In this document: piece after piece, positions 1 through 11,612 of the stretch | Layout of the letters: each line of letters starts with the position of its first letter | How positions within the stretch are numbered: the first letter of the stretch is position 1 | NCBI GenBank assembly: GCA_951406725.2 | Contig: OX597821.1 | Location: 33,542,001 to 33,606,000 of the forward strand | Source: Octopus vulgaris | Taxonomy: Eukaryota | Direction of reading: 5' to 3' | DNA: 64,000 nucleotides | The notes under the pieces: generated by a model | What the model was told of the DNA's origin: nothing | Databases searched by the model: none | What the model saw: the letters and a program-made list of their open reading frames with translations, nothing else | Translations under genes and position numbers: made by a program

Positions 1-461
1 TATAAGTGCTTCATCCAGAGAAAGGCCTTTAGACTGATTAACGTAGCTACTCTAACATATTTCAGCCTCTGGACTACAGGCATGCTATCTCTCCTCTCTT
101 AGCCTTTTCTACTGGTATTACAATAGCTTCCGTTCCTCGGGACTGGCCGGTCTCAGTTTACTCAGGTAATCTCAACTAACTCGTCTTTCCTCTTCTCATC
201 CTTCTTCTATCCTACTACTAAGGCTCTGCACTACCCACTATACTCAGCCATTCCCCTTCAGAACGTTGGGCCTCTACAATACTCTCCTTGCTCATATCTT
301 TCTGATATATCATGGCCGCTGTTTCTTCTCCCAGGCACTAAAAACTAGCATTAAAAAGAAAGGATAAAATCTTTTCTCCTGCAAAGCATAGGGACTCAAA
401 TTTGGAGGAAGGGATTAAGTCGATTATATCGACCCCAATGCGTAATTGGTACTTATTTAAT

Positions 462-681
462 GGAAGGCGGCGAGCTGGCAGAAGCGTTAGCACGCCGGGC
501 GAAATGCTTTGCGGTATTTCGTCTGCCGTTACGTTGTGAGTTCAAATTCCGCCGAGGTCGACTTTGCCTTTCATCCTTTCGGGGTCGATAAATTAAGCAC
601 CAATTACGCACTGGGGTCGATGTAATCGACTTAATACCTATGTCTGTCCTTGTTTAGCCCCTTGTGGGTAATAAAGAAATA
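462..681 (+). mobile_element. tRNA-derived SINE family A (Nin/Deu-core-like), full length, nested in an antisense copy of the same family
   Basis: Head GGCGGCGAGCTGGCAGAAGCGTTAG, B box GAGTTCAAATTCC, core GCCTTTCATCCTTTCGGGGTCGATAAA; 14-bp TSD ggtacttatttaat at 448-461 and 682-695. Confidence 0.85.
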
Positions 682-1034
682 GGTACTTATTTAATCGACC
701 CCCGAAAGGATGAAAGGCAGAGTCCACCCCGGCGGAGTTTGAACTCAAAACGTAGCGACGGGCGAAATACCACTGCCAGCTTGCCGCCTTCGTAAAATAG
801 GATAAAATAAAAATTATATCTGCAAATTAGCAGCGCAGTTGGTGATAGAAATTTATGCCCAAAGACAAATACCATGCAACGAGCCAATGAAGGACCCTCT
901 ACGTAGTCACTCAGAAATACCAGCCAGATCTCTGTAATTCATACCCCAAAGCAGCGGTTCCGAAGGTGTACCTCATCGCACATAGGGTTGCTGAGAGCTC
1001 CGCAATAATAATGATAATTATTATTATTATATCT

Positions 1035-1238
1035 GAATTTTGACACAAGGCTTGGAATTTTATGGGAAAGGTAAGTCAATTACATAGGACAGCTGTACTC
1101 AACTGTTATTTATTCTATTGACTCTGAAAGGCAAAGTCGACCTCGGCAGAATTTGAATTGAATGTAAAGAGTCGGAAGAAATGCCACTAACCATTTTTTT
1201 TCCCAACATGCTAACAATCCTTCCAGCTCGCCAGCTTT
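1035..1238 (-). mobile_element. SINE family A, decayed (further decayed copies ~5935-6290, 16575-16995, 59470-59675)
   Basis: Reverse-complement core gaaaggcaaagtcgacctcggcagaatttgaa and head ccagctcgcc. Confidence 0.7.
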
Positions 1239-1734
1239 AATAACCGCTCAAATAAGTACCAGGCTAAAAAAGAAAATAAATACTGGGATCAATTTGTTCG
1301 ACTGAACCCATCAAGGCGGTGCCACAGTATAACGATTGAAACAAGTAATGTATTGTGTTATCTCGACGTATTTAGTCTCGTCAGAAAATTAGGCCTCAAT
1401 AGCGCCTGTTTGGAATGTTTAAATGAGGCTCAAAACGTCAGTTATTAGATCGGAAACGAAGGTAACATTGTAAATTAAAAATAAAGTGGATGCTTTAATG
1501 GTGGGTAAGTGTCCTCCTTGCTAAAAAGGTAAATTTTGGTTGCTATTCTTAGCATGTCAAACGACATCTTTGACACACGTATCACTCATCGTTATTTATA
1601 CAGCAGTTACATGTAATCTTCACTCTATATGTAGGCGGCCTGATCAGGTTTGAATGAAGCGTCACTGACTGGGCAAACGGTTCGGTTCCACGGTTGGTAT
1701 TCAATCGACTGGGCAAGATGTAAATCTCTTATAG

Positions 1735-2003
1735 CAAGCTTCTCAGGGTGGTGGTCCGCGAGCCATCAGCTACGGGTACGCGGCGAGTTTCCAGAAAAAG
1801 AAAAGAAATATTATAAAATGTTTATGTAATAATGTATTATTTGTTTAGAAAATAAATAAAAGATTTTAAAAATTGTCAAGTTTTATTTCATTATATATAT
1901 TGTTTCCAGTATAAATTAGTACAACTATGAAATATTACCGGTCCCTGGCACATGGGGGGGGGGGACTGCCAGTATGCCACATCAAATAGTTTGAGAAGCA
2001 CTG
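1735..2003. mobile_element. hAT-like MITE remnant
   Basis: Right end tttgagaagcactg with a partially matching left end gcttctca; no ORF. Confidence 0.45.
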
Positions 2004-2380
2004 TCTTACAGAACAGCTAAACATGAAGATTAATCGGATTATTATTTCCAAGAGTTATATAAATATATTAGAATAAACCATGTTGAAAACTATTTTCTAT
2101 GACCGATCAGTAATCTATGTAACAGTCATAACTATTTTATGTCTCTGCTGGCTATTTCACGCTGACTGAAAGAAGTCGCAAATTGTGATTTTTGATATAT
2201 TTAATAGACGTAAAGACCAATATAATTTGGCTTTCAGTAAAGCAGGATAGGTGTAAAAAAACAAAAACGAATTTATGGTGGGGGGGGACTTAGTAAGGGA
2301 CATAACTTCGGTTAACAGTAAAGGTTGGTGAGGTATTCCAGTTAAAGCCATTTCGTTTTGTTATCGGAGAGTGCTTTTTT

Positions 2381-3573
2381 TCTTTTTCGGTTTGAACGGC
2401 AGTTTTTAACATAATTTCTAGGTAACTAAAGAATTTTAAACTTCGTATACTGGTAGAATGTGTTTATAAAACATCTTTGTCTACTTGGCTTTATTGAGAA
2501 AATTTTATAGATTGTAAGATATTTGTTGTTTTTTTTCTTCAATTTCAACCAATCAGTGACGTCCATTGAGGTAAAAAAAACCTGTGCGGTATGAATATGT
2601 CCCTCGTTTAAGAAACAGATTGGATTTATTTACATTTGTGAAGAAAAAAAGATAACCTTCCTCCCACCCCTAACCGTAACCCGGATCTTTTCCTTTTGAA
2701 CGGCACTTTTCAACACAATTTCTAGTTAACTAAACACTTTTAAACTTCGTATACTGGTAGAATATGTTTATAAAACATCATTTTTTCTTGGCTTTATTGA
2801 GAAAATTCTATAGTTTGTAAGATATTTCGTCTGAAATTTCGAGCATTTCGGCAATTTTAACCAATCGCTGACATCCATTTAGGTAAACAACGTTCCGTGC
2901 TCAATGAATATGTCCCTCCTTTAAGAAACAGATTGGGTTTACATTTGTGAAGAAAAAAGATACCCTTCCCCCACCTCTAACTCTGACCCTAACCCTAACT
3001 CTCACCCTAAATCTAAAATAGATCGATACTAGGGCCATAATTATGGGTGACAATTTCATATGACACCGCTACGGAAAATGGGATTTTTTTTTAACGGTGT
3101 CAAATGAAAATGTCACCCATAATTATGGCCCTAGTATCAATCTATTGCATTTCAATCTTTTAGATTTAGGGTTAGAGGTTGGGGAAGGGTATCTTTTTTT
3201 CTTCACAAATGTAAATAAACCCAATCTGTTTCTTAAAGGAGGGACATATTCATACAGCACGGAATGCTGTTTACCTAAATGGACTCCAGCGATTGGTTAA
3301 AATAGCCGAAATGCTCGAAATATCTTACAAATTATAGAATTTTCTCAATAAAACCAAGAAAAAATGATGTTTTATAAACACATTCTACCAGTATACGAAG
3401 TTTAAAAGTGTTTAGTTAACTAGGAATTATGTTACGAAGTGCCGTTCGAAAGGAAAAGAACCCTAACCCTAAAACAGATTGAAATGCAATAGATCGATAC
3501 TAGTGTCATAATTATGGGTGACAATTTCATATGACACCGCTAGAAAAAACTGCCGTTCAAACCGAAAAGCTCC
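2381..3573. mobile_element. GG-TIR MITE (~410-bp family) interrupted by the fold-back element
   Basis: TIRs ttttcggtttgaacggcagtttt / aaaactgccgttcaaaccgaaaag; body colinear with 6386-6790 once 2683-3462 is removed. Confidence 0.85.
2683..3462. mobile_element. Fold-back (palindromic) MITE, ~780 bp
   Basis: Two inverted ~380-bp arms around a centre at ~3062-3101; TIR ggatcttttt(cc)ttttgaacggcac; same structure as 8893-9691. Confidence 0.85.
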
Positions 3574-3664
3574 GATTTAAGTGCTCTTTTCTACCTGGTA
3601 GGACCACGTAGTGGTAATTTGGGAAAAGCGAAGAAGCTGATTTCAGAATACGCAGCCTTGACTG

Positions 3665-3947
3665 GAAGTTCGTCGGTTACGACGACGAAAGTTCCAGCTG
3701 ATCCGATCAACGGAACAACTTGCTCGTGAAATTAACGTGCAATAGGCTGAGCACTCCACAGACACGTGTACCCTTCACAGAGTTCTCATGGAGATTCAGT
3801 GTGGCAAGCCGGTCCTTTGAAATACAAATACTACTCATTTTTGCCAGCTGAGTGGACTGGAGCAACAACGCAATGCGCCGCCATGTGTTGAGCTCACGAC
3901 CTTGCGATCGTGAGCCGAAGGCACTAACCACCCAACCACGCGCCTTC
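3665..3947 (-). mobile_element. tRNA-derived SINE, family C variant
   Basis: Shares 3' body (gctcgtgaaattaacgtg...gagcactccacagacacgtgtaccc) with 5323-5706; tRNA-like head near 3890-3947. Confidence 0.7.
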
Positions 3948-4074
3948 ATGCAGGCTTACAAGGAAGATAAGATACAGTCTCAATCCTGAAAATACGGAAA
4001 AGCGGAACTCGGAATGTTTTTTTTAAACCTTGATTTGTTGACATCTGCAGCCACTACTATACGTGCAGGATGGA

Positions 4075-4400
4075 AAGAGTGGCTGTGTGGTAAGTAGCTT
4101 GCTAACCAACCACATGGTTCCGGGTTCAGTCCCACTGCTATAGCCCCGGGCCGACCAATGCCTTGTGAGTGGATTTGGTAGACGGAAACTGAAAGAAGCC
4201 CATCGTTTGTCCCCCTAGCATTGCTTGACAACCGATGCTGGTGTGTTTATGTCCCCGTTACTTAGTGGTTCGGCAAAAGTGACCGATGGAATAAGTACTG
4301 GGCTTACAAAGAATGAGTCCCGGGGTCGATTTGCACTACTAAAGGCGGTGCTCCAGCATGGCCACAGTCAAATGACTGAAACAAGTAAAAGAGTAAAGAG
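4075..4400 (+). mobile_element. SINE family B (CORE-like)
   Basis: Head GAGTGGCTGTGTGGTAAGTAGCTTGC, B-box-like GGGTTCAGTCCC, tail caaatgactgaaacaagtaaaagag. Confidence 0.8.
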
Positions 4401-4419
4401 TATATATATAATTACATAT

Positions 4420-4748
4420 CTCTTTTACTTGTTTCAGTCATTTGACTGTGGCCATGCTGGAGCACCGCCTTTAGTAGTGCAAATCGACTCCGGGACTTAT
4501 TCTTTGTAAGTCCAGTACTTATTCTATCGGTCACTTTTGCCGAACCGCTAAGTGACGGGGACGTAAACACACCAGCATCGGTTGTCAAGCAATGCTAGGG
4601 GGACATACACACACACATATATATATATACGATGGGCTTCTTTCAGTTTCCGTCTACCAAATCCACTCACAAAGCATTGGTCGGCCCGGGGCTGTAGCAG
4701 AAGACATTTGCCCAAGATGCCACGCAGTGGGACTGAACCCGAAACCAT
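4420..4748 (-). mobile_element. SINE family B
   Basis: Reverse complement of the family B body and tail. Confidence 0.8.
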
Positions 4749-4807
4749 ATATAATTACGTATGTTATCTTTTGTTTAAATAAAGCTTTCCGGAAAAAAAA
4801 TGGCTAA

Positions 4808-4947
4808 CATGGCTGTGTGGTAACAAGTTTGCTTTCCAACCGCATTTCAGTCCTACTACGCGGCACTTTGGGCAAATGTCTTCTGCTATAGCCTCGGGCC
4901 GACTAAAGCTTTCAGTGGATTTAGTAGCTGGAAATTAAGAAAAGCAC

Positions 4948-5010
<63 letters not shown>

Positions 5011-5178
5011 TGGTGTCTGAGTTTGTCCCCGAAACGTAGCAGGCGGCAATCCACCCCATCTCCGGTAAAGTAAGTACTAGGTTTTTAAAAAAATTCTGCG
5101 ATCGATTCGTTCGACTAAAATTCTTCGAGGCGGTGCCCCAGCATGGCCACAGTCTAATGACTGATACAAGTGAAAGAT
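4808..5178 (+). mobile_element. SINE family B with internal (TA)n(TG)n
   Basis: ggctgtgtggtaa head, ttgggcaaatgtc core, ggcggtgccccagcatggcc tail. Confidence 0.75.
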
Positions 5179-5321
5179 AAGTTATGAAAGTATCTAGAAA
5201 TATCGGATCGGTGTAAAAATCCCACCTTAATTTAAACGTTAAGGATGGTTTCAACCGAAAAAATCTCAAAGGAGGCAGGAAAGTTTGCTTCCATTTTTGA
5301 CAAAAAACTGAACACTGGTCT

Positions 5322-5707
5322 GGAAGCACTCCGTCAGTTACGACGACGAGGGTTCCGGTTGATCCGAATCAACGGAACAGCCTGCTCGTGAAATTAACGT
5401 GTAAGTGGCTGAGCACTCCACAGATACGTGTACCCTTAACGTAGTATCTTGGGGATATTCAGCGTGACACAGAGAGTGACAAGGCCGGCCCTTTGAAATA
5501 CAGGTACAACAGAAACAGGAAGTAAGAGTGAGAGAAAGTTGTGGTGAAAGAGTACAGCAGGGATCACCACCATCCCCTGCCGGAGCCTCGTGGAACTTTA
5601 GGTGTTTTCGCTCAATAAACACTCACAACGCCCGGTCTGGGAATCGAAACCGCAATCCTATGACCGCGAGTCCGCTGCTCTAACCACTGGGCCATTGCGC
5701 CTCCACT
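5322..5707 (-). mobile_element. SINE family C, full length
   Basis: Head GGAGGCGCAATGGCCCAGTGGTTAG, B box GGTTTCGATTCC; 11-bp TSD aacactggtct on both sides. Confidence 0.85.
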
Positions 5708-6385
5708 AACACTGGTCTAACAAGGCAGTAACTATATGCGGTCACTCGATCTGCTAGAAATAGCAGCCAATATTCCCTGTACTTATACTGGGCTTACTTT
5801 TGATAGCGTAGTCTAGTCCTTACAACCACATCGCATTATCTTATAACGAATACACACATTGGGTAAGAACGGTCCTAGTTACAAAAAGATGGGATTGTCA
5901 TGACTGGAACGCTTTGATAATATTGTTTTTAATTTTTAATTTTGGCATAAGACTAGTACTTTTGAATGGAGGAAAATTCATAATTGCTCAACTGGAACTA
6001 ATTTATCAACCCCGTAAAGATGAAAGGCAAAGTCGACATCGGCAGCAACTGAACTCAGAACGTAGCGGCGGACGAAACGCAGCTAAGCATTTCGTCCGAT
6101 TTGTTTAACGATTCTGTCAGCTCACCGCCCTAACGCGTTTGATAGTATCGGTTTCAAATTTTGGCCCAAGGCGAGCAATTTCAAGGCAGGAGTAAGCCGA
6201 TTACATCGACTTCAGTGTCGTACTAGTAAATTACATTATCGACCCCGAAATGCCGCTAAGCATTTTGTCGCGCGTGTTTAACGCGTTTGATAATATCAAA
6301 AGGCATTGTTGCACTGATTGAATATCTCTCGAATTATATAACTGAAACGAAGAACATTAATAAGTCCTCATCGACTAGATTATCT

Positions 6386-6790
6386 AGATCTTTTCGGTTT
6401 GAACGGCAGTTTTTAACATAATTTCTAGGTAACTAAAAAATTTTAAACCTCGTATACTGGTAGAATGTGTTTATAAAACATCTTTTTCTTTTGGCTTTAT
6501 TGAGAAAATTCTATAGATTGTAAGATATTTGTTGTTGGTTTTTTCTGCAATTTCAACTAATCACTGATGTCCATTGCGGTAAAAAAACATTCTGTGCCGT
6601 ATGAATATGTCCCTCGTTTAAGAAACAGATTGGGTTTATTTACATTTGTGAAGAAAAAAAGATACCCTTCCCACCACCCCTAACCCTAAAACAGATTGAA
6701 ATGCAATAGATCGATACTAGGGTCATAATTATGGGTGACAATTTCATATGAGACCACTAGAAAAAACTGCCGTTCAAACCGAAAAGATCC
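6386..6790. mobile_element. GG-TIR MITE (Merlin-like ends), 405 bp
   Basis: ~28-bp TIR; perfect 8-bp TSD gattatct (6378-6385, 6791-6798); internal taaccc repeats. Confidence 0.9.
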
Positions 6791-7830
6791 GATTATCTTA
6801 TAAAATTAGTATGAGTGTAAGGGAGATAACCTTGTAATTGATAGTGTGTGATTTTTCACTTCGCTTTTATTACAAAAATTCATTTTAGTATTTAAATTAT
6901 GAAGTGTTAAGTCCTAAAATCTTGTTTTGAAATATGCTATATTTGGGTAATCATGTGAAACTTCTATACACTTCTTTGTCAGTTACAGCGGACACGGGCA
7001 CTAACTGTAGTGGATGAATCTCCAGCGATTGGGGAAGAACAAATTTAGTATAATCAGTTGGTGTTAGCTTACGGAAATAATTTAGTGCGTGAGAAAGGTC
7101 ACACAGTGTTGTAGACGACCTACGATGCGAAGGGAATATTGCTTGTTCAGTTACTTTTTAAATGTGATTTGCTTGTTGACAGTGTCTTTTACGTTCTACT
7201 TGTTTCAATCATTGGACTGCAGCCATGCCGTGGAAAATTATTTCAATGTACCAAAGTTGAAAATTTTGATTTAATTTTTAAAATTTCACAATATGTGGCA
7301 GCAACAGAGAAGACCGTAGAGAAGTAGAGAGACAGACAGTTATAGGACGTGACACACCAACACACACGCATTTACAAACGTACACACACAGATAATCACG
7401 GGTTTTAAATGGTGTATAGTAGACATGTATGTGTGTGTGTGTGCAATGGATAGCACGAATGCCACTTGTGAACAACTGTTATCAATTTATTCCCTCTATC
7501 TTTAAAGCTACATATTTCTCACACCCATCATTCTTTCCTTTCCTCGTCATCTTAAAAGTTACTTAGGCGTATGTGTGTGTAAGTATGTATGCATGTATCT
7601 ATGTATTTATGTATTCAACGTTGCGTGTATATCCCTGAATGACAGCTGTATTAACGTTATCATCCCACCGCTCCTCCATATTTGTCATTTACACAACTCT
7701 GTTCTCCCCTTCCCTGATATCAGTCATTCTCCCTATGCCATCTGATTTCCCTCACAATAACACCCTTGCACCCTTCTCATTTTATCAAATAATAGCCTAT
7801 CCTGCCATTTCAATTTTATAATAAGAGATA

Positions 7831-7917
<87 letters not shown>

Positions 7918-7999
7918 TCAGGGTGCGGAACCTTTCACTGAAGATGACAAAGAACCAAGATGTCTGGCATCTTGCTGTACTCAAAAAGACCTGTACTCT

Positions 8000-8346
8000 G
8001 CAGCAGAAGTGTTAAGACCAGGCCTTCTGGTGGTATACAGCACTCGTACTGGTGTCACATAATAACGCCTGTGCAGTGTTATGTGAAAAGCACCTGTGTG
8101 GTGCCACATACATAGCTCTCATGTAGTGCTGTGTTAAAAGTACCCATGTGGTGCCACATAAAAAGTGCCCGTGCGATGCCTCATAAAAGCACTCAGCCTA
8201 CTCTGTGAAGTGGTTGGTGTTACAAAGAGCATCCAATCGTAGAAACCATGCCAAAACAGATTGGAGTCTGGTGCAGTTTGCCAGCTCTTGTCAAACCATC
8301 CAGCCGATGCCAGCATGGACAACGGATGCTAAATGTTGATGGTGAT
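8000..8346 (+). mobile_element. RTE-type 3' UTR/tail fragment, decayed
   Basis: Array of gtgccacataaaaag units followed by gtggttggtgtt...gcatcc and ccagcatggacaacggatgctaaatg(gat)n. Confidence 0.7.
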
Positions 8347-8407
8347 ATACCATCATCATCAGTTTGACCAGGGCTGCACCAGATTCCAGTCTGATTGGGT
8401 ATAGTTT

Positions 8408-8779
8408 CTACAGCTGGATACCCATCTTGGATAAGATGCAGATGTCAAGTTGACCCAAGTTACCTCCATGGTGGTCTTTGGTATGTTGGTAGAGCATGGA
8501 GGACTGTTTTCTGTTGTCATATTGTCTTAGATGTTCATTTATCCGTTCCGCAATGCTTAAAAACAAATAATTATTATTTTGTAATAAAGTAAGAAATAAA
8601 TAAAGTATTTTAAATTGACCAATACGTAAGATTTGGTGGTGTTTACATTGTATATGTAGACGGCTGAGGATCGTTGACGTTAATATCATCAGCTGATTCT
8701 GGCAGTACTCATTGTCATTAGATGTGTTTAAAAAACTGGTCAGGCATGCATGGAACTGCCTGCTTCTTCTTTGCATCAA
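8408..8779 (-). pseudogene. Degenerate Penelope-like GIY-YIG endonuclease fragment
   Basis: Peptide HIQCKHHQILRIGQ...ERINEHLRQYDNRKQSSMLYQHTKDHH resembles the Y.I.C..C...YIGQT...R..EH...S....H...H pattern of PLE endonucleases. Confidence 0.6.
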
Positions 8780-8892
8780 GGATTACATTATAAGGAACAA
8801 AAGCTTCGTGTCAAATCCCCCATAAGCTTGGGAAAGCATTGAGCAATTGGATCCATGTCTTCAAAGAGCAAAACCTTTTTGGCATTCACTTG

Positions 8893-9691
8893 GGATGTTT
8901 TCCTTTTGAACTGCACTTTGTAACATAATTTCTAGGTAACTAAAAAGTTTTAGACTTCGTATACTGGTAGAATGTGTTTATAAAACATCATTTTCTCTTG
9001 GCTTTATTGAGAAAATTCTATATGTTGTAACATATTTCGTCTTTAATTTCGAGCATTTCGGCAATTTTAACCAATCGCTGACGTCCATTTAGGTAAATAA
9101 CATTCTGTGCATAATGAATATGTCCCTCCTTTAAGAAACAGACTGGGTTTATTTACATTTGTGAAGAAAAAAGATACCCTTCCCCAACCCCTAACCCTAA
9201 CCCTAAATCTAAAATAGATTGAAATGCAATAGATCGATACTAGGGTTATAATTATGGGTGACAATTTCATACGACACCGCTACGGAAAATGGGATTTTTT
9301 TCTAGCGGTGTCAAATGAAAATGTCACCCATAATTATGGCCCTAGTATCGATCTATTGCATTTCAATCTATTTTAGATTTAGGGTTGGGGTTAGGGATTG
9401 GGGTTGTGTATCTTTTTTTCTTCACAAATGTAAATAAACCCAATCTGTTTCTTAAAGGAGGGACATATTCATTGAGCACAGAATGTTATTTACCTTAATG
9501 GATGTCAGCGATTGGTTAAAATTGCAGAAATGCTCGAAATTAGACAAAATATCTTACAAACTATAGAATTTTCTCAATAAAGCCAAGAGAAAATGATGTT
9601 TTATAAACACATTCTACCAGTATACGAAGTTTAAAACTTTTTAGTTACCAAGAAATTATGTTACAAAGTGCCGTTCAAAAGGAAAAGATCC
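8893..9691. mobile_element. Fold-back MITE, 799 bp
   Basis: Near-perfect inverted arms centred at ~9273-9312; perfect 8-bp TSD ttcacttg (8885-8892, 9692-9699). Confidence 0.9.
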
Positions 9692-10410
9692 TTCACTTGT
9701 ATTCAGTCTCAGAGTTGCCATTATCTTTGTCAATTTCTGTGAAAAATTTTTATGCAATCTGAAAATAGGATTTTAAAGCACGTGTTGCCTCGTCAACTGT
9801 AAACACTCCTGTGTTGGTGTGCGCATGCTTATTTTGTTTGATGTGTTGAAATGGAAGAGGAAGCTAATGGGTGTACGTGCACGCGCGCATGTGTGTATGC
9901 AAGTGTGTTCTATTTTATGTATTTGTGTGTGTGGAATGTAGATGTAACAAAAACAATATTGCATTTTAAACATGAGAAAAGCCTCGCATATTTGTTCTTA
10001 CCTGCTTCATTTGTATATATAAAATCCGTAAATTTCCAAGAAAACGAAATCAATATCAATAAAGCTGCATTAGTTATAATAGTCCATGTGTTTTTTTTTT
10101 TCTAACCACCAAAGAGCTGAAATATTGCAACATGCATCAAAGAGCTGAAATATTGCAACATGTATCAAAAAGCCGAAATATTGCAACATGCATGGAGAAA
10201 AAGAAGAAATGTGAATTAACACGATTGATTAAAGAAAATGCGAAAGAAAGAAATATAAATGAAATATTAATTTCTGTTAATTTTAAAGCTAAATTAAACA
10301 AGATCTGGTGGAACTATACAACGCATTTTATGAAATTCATAAAAAAAATGTTTGAAATAGTAAATTAAACAGTATAATACTATCTAAAAGATTCCACATG
10401 AATAAAAGAT

Positions 10411-10642
10411 ATTTCTTTATTGCCCACAAGGGGCTAAACATAGAGGGGACAAACAAGGACAGACAAAGGGATAAAGACGATTACATCTAGCCCAGTGAGT
10501 AACTGGTACTTAATTTATCGACCCCGAAAGGATGAAAGGCAAAGTCGACCTCGGCGGAATTTGAACTCACAACGTAGCGGCAGACGAAATACGGCTACGC
10601 CTTCCGCCCGGCGTGCTAAAGCTTCTGCCAGCTCGCCGCCTT
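10411..10642 (-). mobile_element. SINE family A, full length
   Basis: Reverse complement of 462-681 including tail and head. Confidence 0.85.
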
Positions 10643-10967
10643 CAAAGTTGGGCATGAATATAAAAGAGCCATTTTAACCAGGATATTAAATTTACTTTAG
10701 ATTTATTTTAGAAATTTTTGTTGCCAAACTGTGGTCTTGGTCACTGACACTATTCCACTGCGGCTTAAACTAGTTTCTCAACATGATCTTAGATTAAGTT
10801 ACTTGCTTGACAAGTACAACTCTGAAATAATATTTAGAGCTCTACGATTTCTTTTGGATTTTTGTTTTCTTTTTTTATTCTGCTTTCTGTATTTTAAGAT
10901 TGCAACAGAATTCTTGCAGTAGGCTAGTTTGAAAGTTTGTAGCAACTGGTGGCGATGTTGTCGTCGG

Positions 10968-11145
10968 CTTCTTCTTCTTCTTCTTCTTCTTCTTCTTCTT
11001 CTTCTTCTTCTTCTTCTTCTTCTTCTTCTTCTTCTCCTCCTCCTCCTCCTCCTCCTCCTCCTCCTCCTCCTCCTTCTTCTTCTTCTTCTTCTTCTTCTTC
11101 TTCTTCTTCTTCTTCTTCTTCTTCTTCTTCTTCTTCTTCTTCTTC
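10968..11145. repeat. Compound microsatellite (CTT)n(CCT)n(CTT)n
   Basis: Read directly; uninterrupted pyrimidine tract. Confidence 0.98.
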
Positions 11146-11167
11146 ACTGGGAATTGAACTCACATGC

Positions 11168-11579
11168 CGGTTTGAACGGCAGTTTTTAACATAATTTCTG
11201 GGTAATTAAAAAATTTTAAACTTTGTATACTGGTAGAATGTGTTTATAAAACATCTTTTTCTCTTGGCTTTATTGAGAAAATTCTATAGTTTGTAAGATA
11301 TTTGTTGTTGTTTTTCTTCCATTTCTGCAATTTCAACCAATCAATGACGTCCATTGAGGTAAAAAAAACACATTCTGTGCCGTATGAATATGTCCCTCGT
11401 TCAAGAAACAGATTGGGTTTATTTACATTTGTGAAGAAAAAAAAGATACCCTTCCCCCCATCCCTAACCCTAACCCTAAAACAGATTGAAATGCAATAGA
11501 TTGATTCTAGGGTCATAATTATGGGTGACAATTTCATATGACACCGCTAGAAAAACTGCCGTTCAAACCGAAAAGATCC
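11168..11579. mobile_element. GG-TIR MITE, left end clipped
   Basis: Colinear with 6386-6790; right TIR ...caaaccgaaaagatcc. Confidence 0.85.
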
Positions 11580-11612
11580 CTAATGGTAACATACATAATT
11601 ACTGTATGTTAC

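Noticed and set aside
10875-11194. Poly-K/E/L/S ORFs
   Set aside because: Translations of the (CTT)/(CCT) microsatellite
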